NCBI GenBank assembly: GCA_907165135.1
Contig: OU015567.1
Coordinates: 930,001-994,000, forward strand
DNA length: 64,000 nt
Reading direction: 5' to 3'
Origin: Oikopleura dioica
Lineage: Eukaryota > Animalia > Chordata
The notes under the pieces are model-generated. The model was not told the DNA's origin, made no database searches, and saw only the letters and a program-made list of their open reading frames with translations. This document shows, in pieces, positions 1-10,223 of this stretch. Positions within the stretch are counted from its first letter, which is position 1. Every line of letters starts with the position of its first letter. The position numbers and the translations under genes were made by a program.

Positions 1-1426
1 CCAAACCTAGCGACATTTTTAGATACTCAAACTGCTTGTCATTAAATATAAAAGAAGTATATTCCCTCTTTCCTTGTCTTAAAGCGAGAGTATAAAAAGC
101 ATTACGAATATCGATGCTGGAAAAATATATTTGTTCCCCTGGAAAATCAGATTTCAACTCCGTAATATATCTCGAAATAGTGGTAAGGATCGTTCTTATG
201 GTCTGAATTGGCCACCTCGGCAGAATTAACCTCTCATTAAGCGATTTTTGTCCCCTCGATGCCCCGCTATAATTTTGAACGATTCTAATTGACCCGTCAG
301 ATTTTGGAACAGTTAGCAGAGGGGCGTTCCATCCAGAATTTCCCAATCTTATTATCCCAGCAGTCTCCATCTCCGATAATTTTCCCTCTACAGCTGGTAA
401 TTGACTATTGTCCATATTATACGGTTTAGCAAAAGTAGGAACCCCTGCATCATCAATAACAAGGTCTGCAACAAAACTACAACTGTATCCACAATCACTC
501 GAATTTCTTGAATAAATCCAATGATGCTTATTGAGAACAACTATAAGCCCCGGTTTATACTCTTGAGGAGCTCCTTCTGCGGCTGCTAGAATTTCTGCTG
601 AAATATCTGACTCATTGACTAATTGATTACGCCGCTCGCGCCAGATTTCGATTTCTTTTTCATGAACAACCCTCTCAAAATTTTCTATTTGTCCCATCTC
701 CCTTAGGAAATTTATTTGATTCCGCTCAACTATTTCTAAAATTGGAAAATTTTCGCTTACAAGTACCCCAATGCCCGTGTGATTTTCAAGTTTAATTAAC
801 GTCCTTGATGAGTCAAGTTCTCGATTTAAGTTCGCGTAAATTCCATTTTCAAGGAGCTCGAAATCTGTATCAGTAAAAACTTTCTTTAATTGATGATTGA
901 TTCTGGCCCATGCGTGACCATGCGGTGGAACATAAACATCTGCCCTCACTAAAATGCACTTTCCTCTCTTGCTCATGTCTGGATTATCTAAAATAACCCA
1001 CGGATACTCCTCATAATCATCTTCGACTATTTGCATATTATTCAAATACAGAACCCTCGAATTCAGAACACGTTTAAGATCAATAAATTTCAGAACATCA
1101 AACCCCAAAATCCCATCATATGAAAGATCATTATTCCAGATGTTAATTTCAACATTACTACAACAAACTGAACTATCCAAGCCTTCAATTCGGATGTCAC
1201 AATCAATTTTCTCTATTACTCTACACATTGTTGAACCCGCCGCGTTTCCGATGCATAACGCACGTTTTCTTGGACAGAATTTAATAGAAGAACCCTCAAG
1301 AAGACCCTTTTTGACAAAACTTTTCTCAGAACCAGTATCAACTAAAAAACAAAATGGCCCCTTCTCGACTTTTGATATCCCTAAAAATTGACATATCGTT
1401 ACCAAAACGGTTGGTAACGAGCTCAT
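1..1426 (-). CDS. pol: Pol polyprotein, N-terminal part (aspartic protease and start of reverse transcriptase); runs off the window edge, so absent from the ORF track
   Basis: Hand translation is stop-free from ATG 1426 to the edge. Motifs: FLVDTGS (D at 1337-1339), YDGILGFD, GIIRLGNSGWNAPLLTVPKSDGSIRIVQNY, LNERLILPRWPIQTI, FSSIDIRNAFY, KQFEYLKMSLGL. Frame is -1 relative to gag. Confidence 0.93.
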   Translation of the reverse strand, partial: MSSLPTVLVTICQFLGISKVEKGPFCFLVDTGSEKSFVKKGLLEGSSIKFCPRKRALCIGNAAGSTMCRVIEKIDCDIRIEGLDSSVCCSNVEINIWNNDLSYDGILGFDVLKFIDLKRVLNSRVLYLNNMQIVEDDYEEYPWVILDNPDMSKRGKCILVRADVYVPPHGHAWARINHQLKKVFTDTDFELLENGIYANLNRELDSSRTLIKLENHTGIGVLVSENFPILEIVERNQINFLREMGQIENFERVVHEKEIEIWRERRNQLVNESDISAEILAAAEGAPQEYKPGLIVVLNKHHWIYSRNSSDCGYSCSFVADLVIDDAGVPTFAKPYNMDNSQLPAVEGKLSEMETAGIIRLGNSGWNAPLLTVPKSDGSIRIVQNYSGASRGQKSLNERLILPRWPIQTIRTILTTISRYITELKSDFPGEQIYFSSIDIRNAFYTLALRQGKREYTSFIFNDKQFEYLKMSLGL

Positions 1427-1434
1427 ATTGCTGA

Positions 1435-3318
1435 TTAATCCCTCTTCTGAGCTCTTTCAGGACATTCTTGAATCCAGTGCCCTGGAACGTTACAAATTCT
1501 ACAAATATATCCGGCTGGTGGGACAGTCGACTTCTTTTCTTCTTTGCGTTCTCCTTGAGAAGAGGAGTCCTTCTGAGGTCTACGTAATGGCTTCGTACAA
1601 TCCTGAACTCGGTGTGATGAATCTCCACATCTGAAACATCCGCTTTTCGACTTATAAAAACACTCTCTCGCCGTGTGATTTGCCCTTCCGCAAACGTAGC
1701 ATTTATTGCGCAACGATTCAATCCCGCGACTCGTTGGTCTGTCACCCTTTTTCTCGCCCCATTTTTTCGCCTTCAGGGCGTTCGTTTCCGAATCAGTTTC
1801 ATCCTTCAAATTATTCACACTTGATTCAGCGGGGGTACTGTCTATTATTTGCTGGGCAAATCGAATGATTTCTTCCGGGTTTCTATCCTCGCACCCGATT
1901 CGGAAAAGAATTTGATTGGAGATCGACTTAGGCAATTTCCCCTTGAACTCGCGTAACGTAATTGCATCAATTGCGCTTTCCCCATTCTTTCCATCAATAT
2001 GATTATTCAAAAGTCCGACCAAATTTCGCAGCTCATGGAATTGTGTCAAAAGTTGCTTTTCTCTGATTATTTGGAATCGATCGATCTCCTGTTCGATGAA
2101 ATTTCTATTGTAATTGAGCAAACGCAAGAGCTCCTGGAGAACATCATTTTCATTCGGTTCCCTTTTTAATTTAAGCGCCTTGGTCACCAATGCCTGGTGT
2201 GGGTCCCCGATATGCGCCACCATGTTTGCTAGTCGCGCTTTCCGCGATGTAATATTTTGAAGATCCATAAGAAAGCAACAATTCATAAACCAGTTATTGA
2301 CATCATGAAATTTATTCTCCCCATCTTTCTTGTCGAAAAGTACTGGCAATTTCAATTTGCTCGAGAGACCCTTTGATCCAAAATCATTTCCTGCCCAGTT
2401 ACCGTATCGATCATAACCATATCTTATATTTTGAGGCTGACTCGGAGTTCTCTCGTAAGCATTCCCGCGGAAATTCTCGGACCCTTGAGCATACTCCGCT
2501 TCTTTGTCACTAGCAAGATCTCTTAACCGCCTTACTTCATCAACTTCATCCCTCATACCTCGCACCTCTTCAAGATCTCGCTCATATTCATTTGACTGCT
2601 TACTCAAATTATTCATTGAGGCCTTCATCAATTTTATTCGAGATTCAGCATTTTTTCGCATTTGCGCGAGGACTTGGTTTTGCAACATTTCAGCCTGTAA
2701 ATTCAACTGTCGCGTCTCTAAAAATTGCTTGCTCTTACGAATATTCTCCCCGAATACTCCCAATTTATCAACTTCATCGTCCCACAGGTACGATCCCTCA
2801 AACGTTGGCTCGATATCATAGTCCTCATTAGTTTTGGCTGGCTCCTCGATAGACACGGTTCCTTTTCGCTTCAAAATTTTTGCGCCATCAAACTTGAACT
2901 CTTTAAATTGATTTGTTGCAGTGTAAAACTCGAGCATGACTGCACGACAGTCTTGATCTGATGTCCCATATTCGCCTTGCTTGATTGAATTCTCGTCAAA
3001 TCGAAAAATTTCCTTTGATTCGCCAATAGCGAATTGTTTACGCGCCTCATCTAAAGTATAATCTGTGGCATATCCTCGCTTTTTCTCACCCTCAAATTCA
3101 GTGATCCCATCAATTGGAATCAAATATGCCTCCCCATGCCGATCCTCAGTAAGCGTAACCTTGAACACAGACCCCAATTCAAGCTCCATGAGCATCGCCA
3201 AAAGAGGCTCCTTATTCACATTACTCCCATTAACCCCGTGCTTTTTCGCGAGCCACTTCAAGTAGGGCAATGTCGCCGTTTCCAATTGAACACATCTTTT
3301 CACTATGCCCGAAGACAT
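1435..3318 (-). CDS. gag: Gag, 627 aa, three CX2CX4HX4C zinc knuckles
   Basis: Intronless ORF directly upstream of pol; knuckles CYVCGRANHTAREC, CFRCGDSSHRVQDC, CRICNVPGHWIQEC. Confidence 0.92.
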   Translation of the reverse strand: MSSGIVKRCVQLETATLPYLKWLAKKHGVNGSNVNKEPLLAMLMELELGSVFKVTLTEDRHGEAYLIPIDGITEFEGEKKRGYATDYTLDEARKQFAIGESKEIFRFDENSIKQGEYGTSDQDCRAVMLEFYTATNQFKEFKFDGAKILKRKGTVSIEEPAKTNEDYDIEPTFEGSYLWDDEVDKLGVFGENIRKSKQFLETRQLNLQAEMLQNQVLAQMRKNAESRIKLMKASMNNLSKQSNEYERDLEEVRGMRDEVDEVRRLRDLASDKEAEYAQGSENFRGNAYERTPSQPQNIRYGYDRYGNWAGNDFGSKGLSSKLKLPVLFDKKDGENKFHDVNNWFMNCCFLMDLQNITSRKARLANMVAHIGDPHQALVTKALKLKREPNENDVLQELLRLLNYNRNFIEQEIDRFQIIREKQLLTQFHELRNLVGLLNNHIDGKNGESAIDAITLREFKGKLPKSISNQILFRIGCEDRNPEEIIRFAQQIIDSTPAESSVNNLKDETDSETNALKAKKWGEKKGDRPTSRGIESLRNKCYVCGRANHTARECFYKSKSGCFRCGDSSHRVQDCTKPLRRPQKDSSSQGERKEEKKSTVPPAGYICRICNVPGHWIQECPERAQKRD

Positions 3319-3816
3319 CTAAAACAAAAACGATTAACCCCTTTCTAAAAATTTCACTCAAAAAAAAATGACAAAAATCACTTGACTCTTCATCTCCATC
3401 CGCTCCTATGCTCATGCACCTCAATGCAAGAACATTCCGACCCGCTCCGCAGCTCTTATGAATTCGCAATCAATGCGACTCCATTTCAACCCGCACCAAA
3501 ATATCACTATAAAGCGCACCCCGATGCGCTTCATCTTCAAAAATCATTGAAATACTACTATTCAATATTTCTCCACCAGAAAATATTTAATAAACATGCA
3601 TGTTAAAAACAATTGAATATTCAAAGCGCAATCGCCAGTAGAATTTAAGTACTTAGTTACTTTTGATTGCGTTGAATTCAAAACCCGCCATTTTGGAGTT
3701 TTCATTTACAATCAGTGTTTGTATTTTTATCAAAATTAACATGATTTTAATGCCTTCAAAACATTAAATTAAAATAAATATAATTGATATTTTAGAAAAA
3801 TATTTTAATTTTTGAA

Positions 3817-4035
3817 GCTTGATTCTTATTGGTCAGATTCTCCTTGGTCGGATTGTTATTGTTCAGATTCTCAATGGTCAGATTCTCATTCTCAGATTCT
3901 CATTGTACGGATTCTCATGACCAGATTCTTATGACCAGATTCTTGTGACCAGATTCTTGTGACCAGATTCTTGTGACCAGATTCTTGTTGGCTTGATTCT
4001 TGAAAAAATATTCTCATTCGATTGATTCTCCTTGG
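3817..4035. repeat. Tandem 14-15 bp repeat (GACCAGATTCTTGT core) in the retrotransposon leader
   Basis: Five near-perfect 14-bp units at 3919-3988, flanked by degenerate TGGTCAGATTCT units. Confidence 0.9.
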
Positions 4036-4725
4036 TCATATTCATTTTGGTTATATGCGTCATCTTTGATGAATCATTTTGGCTCTAGAGTCTCCCCGTC
4101 TCCCAAACAAAAATGTCTCACCGTCTGACCCTCTTCGCGTGAGAACGACACTTTATCTATGACGCGATTGCTTATCGTCTGTCTTATTTTATGCAATTTT
4201 GAAATTCTTCAGAAAAATTTTTTGAAAAATCACAATTTTAGAAGTTTATTAGTTAATCATAAAAAGAATAATGAAATTTGCTATATAAAAATAATGATAA
4301 GATAAATTCAAAATCATAAAAAGGTATAAATAGTTTGCCAAGTTTGTTGGTCTTTGAGCCTTTTGCCAATGAAATTGGTCTTAGAGGCAAAATAATATTT
4401 TATGTTTATAATAAAAATAAATGTAGCTTCTGAAATTATATATGGAATTTTTGGTTTTAGAACATAGAAAACAAGAAAACATTATCGATCTTATAATAGA
4501 GCCATTCAATTTTATTTCAGATTTTTGATTCATATTCACATTCGAGAATTCAAATTTGATTAGCTTCAGTTGATTTTCCCCGATTTCCCTGTCTCACTAA
4601 TGTAAATGAAAATTACCAAAACTGATTATTGAAAAATACTTTATTAAAAATAAGCTTTCAATACTTCATAAAAAATCATCTCTCTCACTCTCTCTCAAAA
4701 ATCTCCAGAAAAATGGGTAAACTAA

Positions 4726-4737
4726 CCTTTGTCACCA
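4726..4737 (-). promoter_or_regulatory. Primer-binding site TGGTGACAAAGG
   Basis: TGG-initial motif 3 nt inside the LTR end on the minus strand. Confidence 0.65.
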
Positions 4738-4740
4738 CTT

Positions 4741-4981
4741 TGTACTAGTGGTTTTTCTCGTCAAACTGCAGTATCGGTGCCGGAAATCAAGGAAGACAAA
4801 ACAACTGTATATATATCTCGGATTGGTATTTTATTTGAGCCTGTGGCTCAGGGACTCAGTGAGTGAAGAGTGAGAGCATGCAGCAAGGGGAAGGGTAGAA
4901 ACGGTCTTATCGGTAAAGGTAGGCGAGCGCTCGCAGACAGAGATAGCTGCAATAGCTGACTGATGAGAACTAACCCTTACA
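4741..4981 (-). repeat. 5' LTR, 241 bp
   Basis: TGTA...TACA termini, internal AATAAA on the element strand, followed by the PBS. The second LTR is not in the window, so the boundaries are unconfirmed. Confidence 0.75.
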
Positions 4982-5029
4982 AAAATCATTTAAATTTGTT
5001 CAATTAAAAATTATATGAATCATTATTAA

Positions 5030-5633
5030 GGACCCACCCGTCAAGATTTTAAAATATCGAAATTTAAAATTTTGACCTCGGATTCGGATTCCCTGTGCCG
5101 AAAAACCATTTTTTCGCGCCATTTAATATCCGCCTCTCTCCACTCTAACACCCTTAATAATCGAGTCAAAGTTTAAGAATTTGTAAGGGCGGTGCGACGC
5201 GCTTGGAAGCAAGTTTTTCACATTAAACATAAAAATCACGTTTTTTTATTTATTTCATAAACGGAAAGTATTTTTTATCAGAAAATTTGTTGTAACAATT
5301 ATTCATAGTGCACAATTAACGAATTTTTTGCTGTTTTTATGAATTCTATATTAAAAAGAAAAAATCACTTTCGAGTGAACCCTTTACCATATCTTTATTT
5401 TTTTTCTGGTACCCACGACATCAACCTGAGCTATATTTTGAGTCTTTAAAAATTTTTGATACTTAAGGTTATCCTAGAAATATCGATGTTTGAAACTTGA
5501 ACGTATTGTTGCGACACCCTTAAGAAGTGCACGAGCGTGCTTTTACTTCTGGTGCCCTAGACCAACTATCAGGCTACACAATCACCTCGAAATCACTTTT
5601 TGAAAAAGTAATTCCCACATGCCGGACGGGTCC
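5030..5633. mobile_element. TTAA-flanked MITE with GG termini (Kolobok-like)
   Basis: TTAA 5026-5029 and 5634-5637; ends GGACCC...GGGTCC. Confidence 0.65.
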
Positions 5634-6172
5634 TTAATGATAAAAATCGAGCAAAAGAGTTAAAGCATTTACCGCAAATTTTTCAACTATTGAGCCCTTC
5701 ATCTTGGTGTTCCGTATCAAAGACTCCGAATGTTAAAATATTAATAAAATAAATTTAACAAACTATGAATAGAGATAATTACCTCCAAAAAGCATAATTT
5801 CAATCATCACTGATACAAACCAGATCAATTGTTTCATCATTTTAAGAAGAAAAATCTCCTTTCTCGTGAAATAAAAAAGGAAATCTCAATAATTCTATCC
5901 GTTTTTAATAAGCATTAAGCGTCGTTTTGGAAAGAAAGTCTGAATCAGAAGAGTCGGATTTTACGATTTTTTGATAACGACCATGAGAAATATCGCCCTG
6001 CTTATTATCAAAAAATGAGCAAGAATGTTTTAGCAACCGAAGAGATTTATAACAATTCAAAATATGAATAAACTCGGAGGCGCTATACATGAGAGTCATG
6101 ATCATGCGAAATTATAAGATATAAAAAGAAGAACTCAAATCAAATTTTGCTAACATCTTTCTTAATCAAAAG

Positions 6173-7563
6173 ATGTCCGACTCAAATCGAGATGTTGCGA
6201 ACGCTTATAGAAGTATCCTCAGAAATATCGGAGAAAATCCAGATCGAGAAGGATTGGTAAAAACACCAGCAAGAGCCGCAAAAGCGATGGAATTTTTCAC
6301 CAAGGGGTACAAAGAAGACATAAACGATATTATGAATGAGGCGATTTTCACGGAAAAAAGTGAAGAAATGGTGATCGTCCGGGGGAACGCTACTCTAAAT
6401 TACCAATTGCTAATGCATTGCCAATTTGGATAATTCATTACCAATTTTAGGTAATGCATTACCAAACTTTCCGAAAATGGCCAATTTTTTCAAGTCAAAG
6501 AGCCAGTTCGCGCTCCGCGCATGTTTGAAAGGATACTTTTGAGATTTATTTACAGTTTGTTTCCATTTTTCCGGAGTCCATTTTTCCGGACACTTTTCCG
6601 ATTATAAAGCATTTAAGTGGGGCACTGCAGAATTGACCTTGGTCCAATTTTCCGGACATTTTTCAAATTTTATTTACAGACCATCATTTTTTAATAAAAA
6701 ATGAACACTTGACGGTTCAATGTACTTCTTTTTGGGCACTCAGTGAGCAAATTTGCGAGGTTTTTAGCTAGAAGTTTATTTCGCGGTAAATCGACTTCTT
6801 GACTGAGAAGTGTCCGTTTCTCGAAAAAATTTAAGTATACTTGGTGGGACATGCATTTTTTTTCAGGGTACCCAATTTTCCGGACATTTTTTGGAAATCT
6901 GGGGACAAAGCTAGTCCGGAAAAATGGAATCATTCTGTACGTATTTTTAAGCAAAAAAATTGAAATTCTTGAAAAAAATTGGTACCAATTTTTGGTCATG
7001 CAGTACCGAAAATCTTTGGTAATTTAGACGAGCGCCCCCGTCGTCCGGGACATTCGACTCTACAGTCTATGTGAACATCATCTTGTTCCGTTTTACGGAA
7101 AGGCGTATGTAGGGTACATTCCAAATGGAAAGATTATTGGTCTGAGGTAAGCCAATTATATGTATGTATTGTCATTTTTGTCATTTAAGCAAAATTGCAA
7201 GAATCGTTGACCATTTCGCGCGAAGACTCCAAGTCCAGGAGCGGCTAACTCGTCAGATAGCCGAGACTTTGGAGAAACAACTTTCTGCTACTGGTGTTGC
7301 AGTTATGATCGAGTGCGAGTAAATATCAAATATGAGTTTTAACAGCGAGTTAAACCGCGTTCGAAATTGATTTTGTAGCATGCGTTTTGCAAAATTTCTT
7401 TTATTGCGGACATCTTTTAACCGATATTATAAGGCATATGTGTATGACAATGCGCGGCGTCGAAAAAGAGGGCTCGAAGACAGCGACATCCTGTATGCTT
7501 GGCTGCATAAAAGAAGATCAGAAATTACGCCAAGAATTTCTCTCGCTGGTGAAAAATAGATAG
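6173..7563 (+). CDS. GCH1: GTP cyclohydrolase I
   Basis: Exons give [60 protein letters not shown] and [15 protein letters not shown] introns at 7147-7189 and 7319-7433. The first interruption (6383-7039) is a TIR element. Confidence 0.95.
6383..7039. mobile_element. MULE-like MITE with 9-bp TSD inside the GCH1 coding sequence
   Basis: TIRs GGGAACGCTACTCTAAATTACCAA / GGGGGCGCTCGTCTAAATTACCAA (20/24). Flanks ATCGTCCGG (6374-6382) and GTCGTCCGG (7040-7048). Confidence 0.85.
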
Positions 7564-8471
7564 ATACTGTCTTTTATTGACACGATTAATTTTAACAATA
7601 AAGGGACACTTAAAATATTCTTTTGAAATTTGATCATCGTTGTTCAATGTTTTCAAGAAAATAACAGAAATTTATAATTTATTTTTTCTTGAAATTTTAA
7701 GCTAGGGTAAATCCCTTATAATTGAGCAATTTTTAACCAGAGGGCAATCCTAAGAGTGTGGGTCTTTATCTTGAATTTGCTCTTAACTTTTGCACGCAAC
7801 AGTGTTGGTTTTCTGAAAATTTAGACAGGGCATTGAAAATTCCAATTGACTCTGCCATTGCAAACAATTTACGAATGGTACCACGGCCCAATAACTCGTT
7901 GTAACGAAAAATTTATTGAAAAAACGAATAATTTGTCGCAGTACTTTTCTTTTTGAGCTTAAATCAGGTCAGTAAATCATACAAAACAAAGTTTTTCAAT
8001 CTCCATGGATACCAAAAGAAGTAATTATGATATTCCTTAGGTTTAAATACGATTGGTTAGGAAAAAGATAAGTCTTAGGGATTAGGGTTAGGCAAAAGAG
8101 CTTTCTGATCCAAGCCCTTTCTGTCCAAAGCCGCCCTTGGTAAGACCTTCGGGGAGGTTGCGGGGGCTTGGCTGTTTCAATGACTTATTTTTTGAATCAA
8201 CAAATTAGCCTGAACATTACGGTTTGGTTTACTACTTGATCAAAGTTTTTCACCTTGACAAATAATTCGTTTTTTAACGATACGACCACAAATACCAACG
8301 ATGCTACAAGCTCAACAAGGGCTAAGCATGATTAATACGATGAATTTGATGATGGGTCAAACTCAACAGAATCAGCAAAATTAGCTGTTGTAAATAGGTC
8401 AGATCCACTTTATTTCTTCAGATAGACATTTTTGGAAATTAATAAAAATTTCACTCATTTTTCAAGGGAAA

Positions 8472-9646
8472 TTAAGCATCGATGAGCATTTTTCCATTTG
8501 GCTGAGATCTTCCAAGGGCGATGAAGCAAAGAGAAAGGACTGATTCAGCGCCATCTCTGGCAGTTTTAGGCTAAATTTTATGTTTTCCTTGAAATACTCC
8601 TTTCTCACCTTTTTGCCAGGAACTCCAGCAGTCATATTAGTATCGCAGAATCCAGGGCAAGCGGAATTTATCAGAATATTTTTTCTCTCAGAAACCGACT
8701 TTTTGCCGTAGAGCCGGGGTTTGCCAAAATGGAAGAGCGCGGAAAGAATATGCACTCGGACGCCCCGTGTTTTTCCCGCCGCAGAAGAGGGTGCTCTAAA
8801 CTTTTGGGACGCAAAAAAAATGGGTTGGCGCGGCGTGAGCGAAGTATTCGGAAGAAAGCGGGCGCCCGAGCGCAAATTCTTTCCGCGCTCTTCCCCTTTT
8901 ACGAACCCCTGCCGTAGAGCCGAACGAGATTGTTAACGAGTAGCTTCGACATGTCGTAACCTTAAAATATAACTGTATTTTCAACAAGTATTTCTTTAAA
9001 AACCGATCATCGACGTTTGTTCTGGACTTGGCCAACCATCAGTTTGAGCCTGAGATGGGTTTTTCTGATCTTCGATGAATCTTCTGGCAATAGTATCTAA
9101 CTCGTCGAAAGTTGTTTTCGCGAGTGAACTTCTAAAGAAAAATTAATGGATAAGGTGATCAAAAACTTACGAAGATAGCTTTTGCCCATAATCAAAGACG
9201 TAATTCTCCTCAAAGATGTTCGGATTCGGGTTCAAATTGAGCATTCCTCGCAGTCCGAAAAAGCTGGAAAGGCAGACAATTCGAGCTCCCTCGCGAGCAA
9301 GAGGAAACAGTGATTTTAGAGCAGAAGAAATTCCAAAATAATTGACATCGATGGTCAATTTGATACTCTCAAATGATTTGTCATTTATTTCTGGCGCAAC
9401 ACCTGCGTTCAAAACCAAAATATCAAAAGAAGACGGTCCCATCTTCTCTGCAAAATTCAGCACACTTTCTTCGTTGCTTATGTCTAGCTTTTCGACTTGC
9501 AATTTACCGCAATTCTCTATTTCCGGGAATCCTTGCGGGTTTCTCGCTGTCGCCACAATTTTTTTAACATCTTTCTCTCCAATTAAAAGTTTGACGCATT
9601 CAAGTCCGATTCCACGATTTCCGCCGACGACGATTGCAGTTTTCAT
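8472..9646 (-). CDS. Short-chain dehydrogenase/reductase, carbonyl-reductase (CBR)-like
   Basis: VGGNRGIG Rossmann motif, LVLNAG, DGWP, catalytic YDMSK, INSACPGFCDTNM. Short GT-AG introns including 9132-9170 and 8571-8608. Interrupted by a TIR element at 8716-8909. Confidence 0.9.
8716..8909. mobile_element. 194-bp MITE with perfect 12-bp TSD inside an SDR exon
   Basis: 34-bp TIRs GGGGTTTGCCAAAATGGAAGAGCGCGGAAAGAAT / GGGGTTCGTAAAAGGGGAAGAGCGCGGAAAGAAT. TGCCGTAGAGCC at 8704-8715 and 8910-8921. Confidence 0.92.
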
Positions 9647-10223
9647 TTCTTTGTATTTTTTGCTTTTGGCTATTGAAAAAGCTCAAAAATCGATGGGCGA
9701 AATGAGAGAAATATAAAAATAAAATCGACGTTTGCCGTGCATCGAAGCTGGTTTACGCAATCATCAACATAAAATAATCGTTAAAAAGTTGATTTCATCA
9801 ACAACAAATTAACTCGACGAGAGTTGAACAGTCGGGAAAATAGTTGATATAAGTTGTGGCTTGGAGTTTTTTGAAAAGCAGAATCGTTAAAAGCTCGAAA
9901 CGCATCTTTTTGGAACTTGACTTTGAGAAGTGAGAATAAAGAGCTGGTTTAAAATTGCGTTAACATCGTTTCATGCATCAAATTTAATTGCAAATGTCAA
10001 GGACATATTTGAAAGTTTCGAAAGAGTTTTGACTGAAATTAACGAAATCGGTCGAAATGCACTTACAAGTTGGGGTTAACATTTCGTCCCTCGGTTTCCG
10101 ATAAATTTCCAAAACTGCCATTTCGCTTTGAAGATCCAAAAAGATTATCCGAATGCTAGCTTGAAATTTCTTAGATACTTCTCAACCAATTATCGCCAAG
10201 CATCCAGAGAAAATAGTTTTTAA

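Larger units (their letters stand above)
1..4981 (-). mobile_element. Ty3/gypsy-type LTR retrotransposon, 5' half (Tor-like if the host is Oikopleura); 3' part lies outside the window
   Basis: LTR, PBS, gag with CCHC knuckles, then protease and RT motifs, in the expected order on the minus strand. Confidence 0.93.

Noticed and set aside
3230-3606. Possible env or accessory ORF upstream of gag
   Set aside because: Only short ORFs (under 80 aa) with no signal peptide, TM segment or fusion-protein features.
4890-4980. Hammerhead ribozyme in the LTR (GAAAC ... CTGATGA)
   Set aside because: Core words are present, but stems II and III and the NUH site cannot be formed.
8462-8875. 137-aa ORF as an independent gene
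   Set aside because: It is a chimera of MITE sequence, an SDR exon and an intron.
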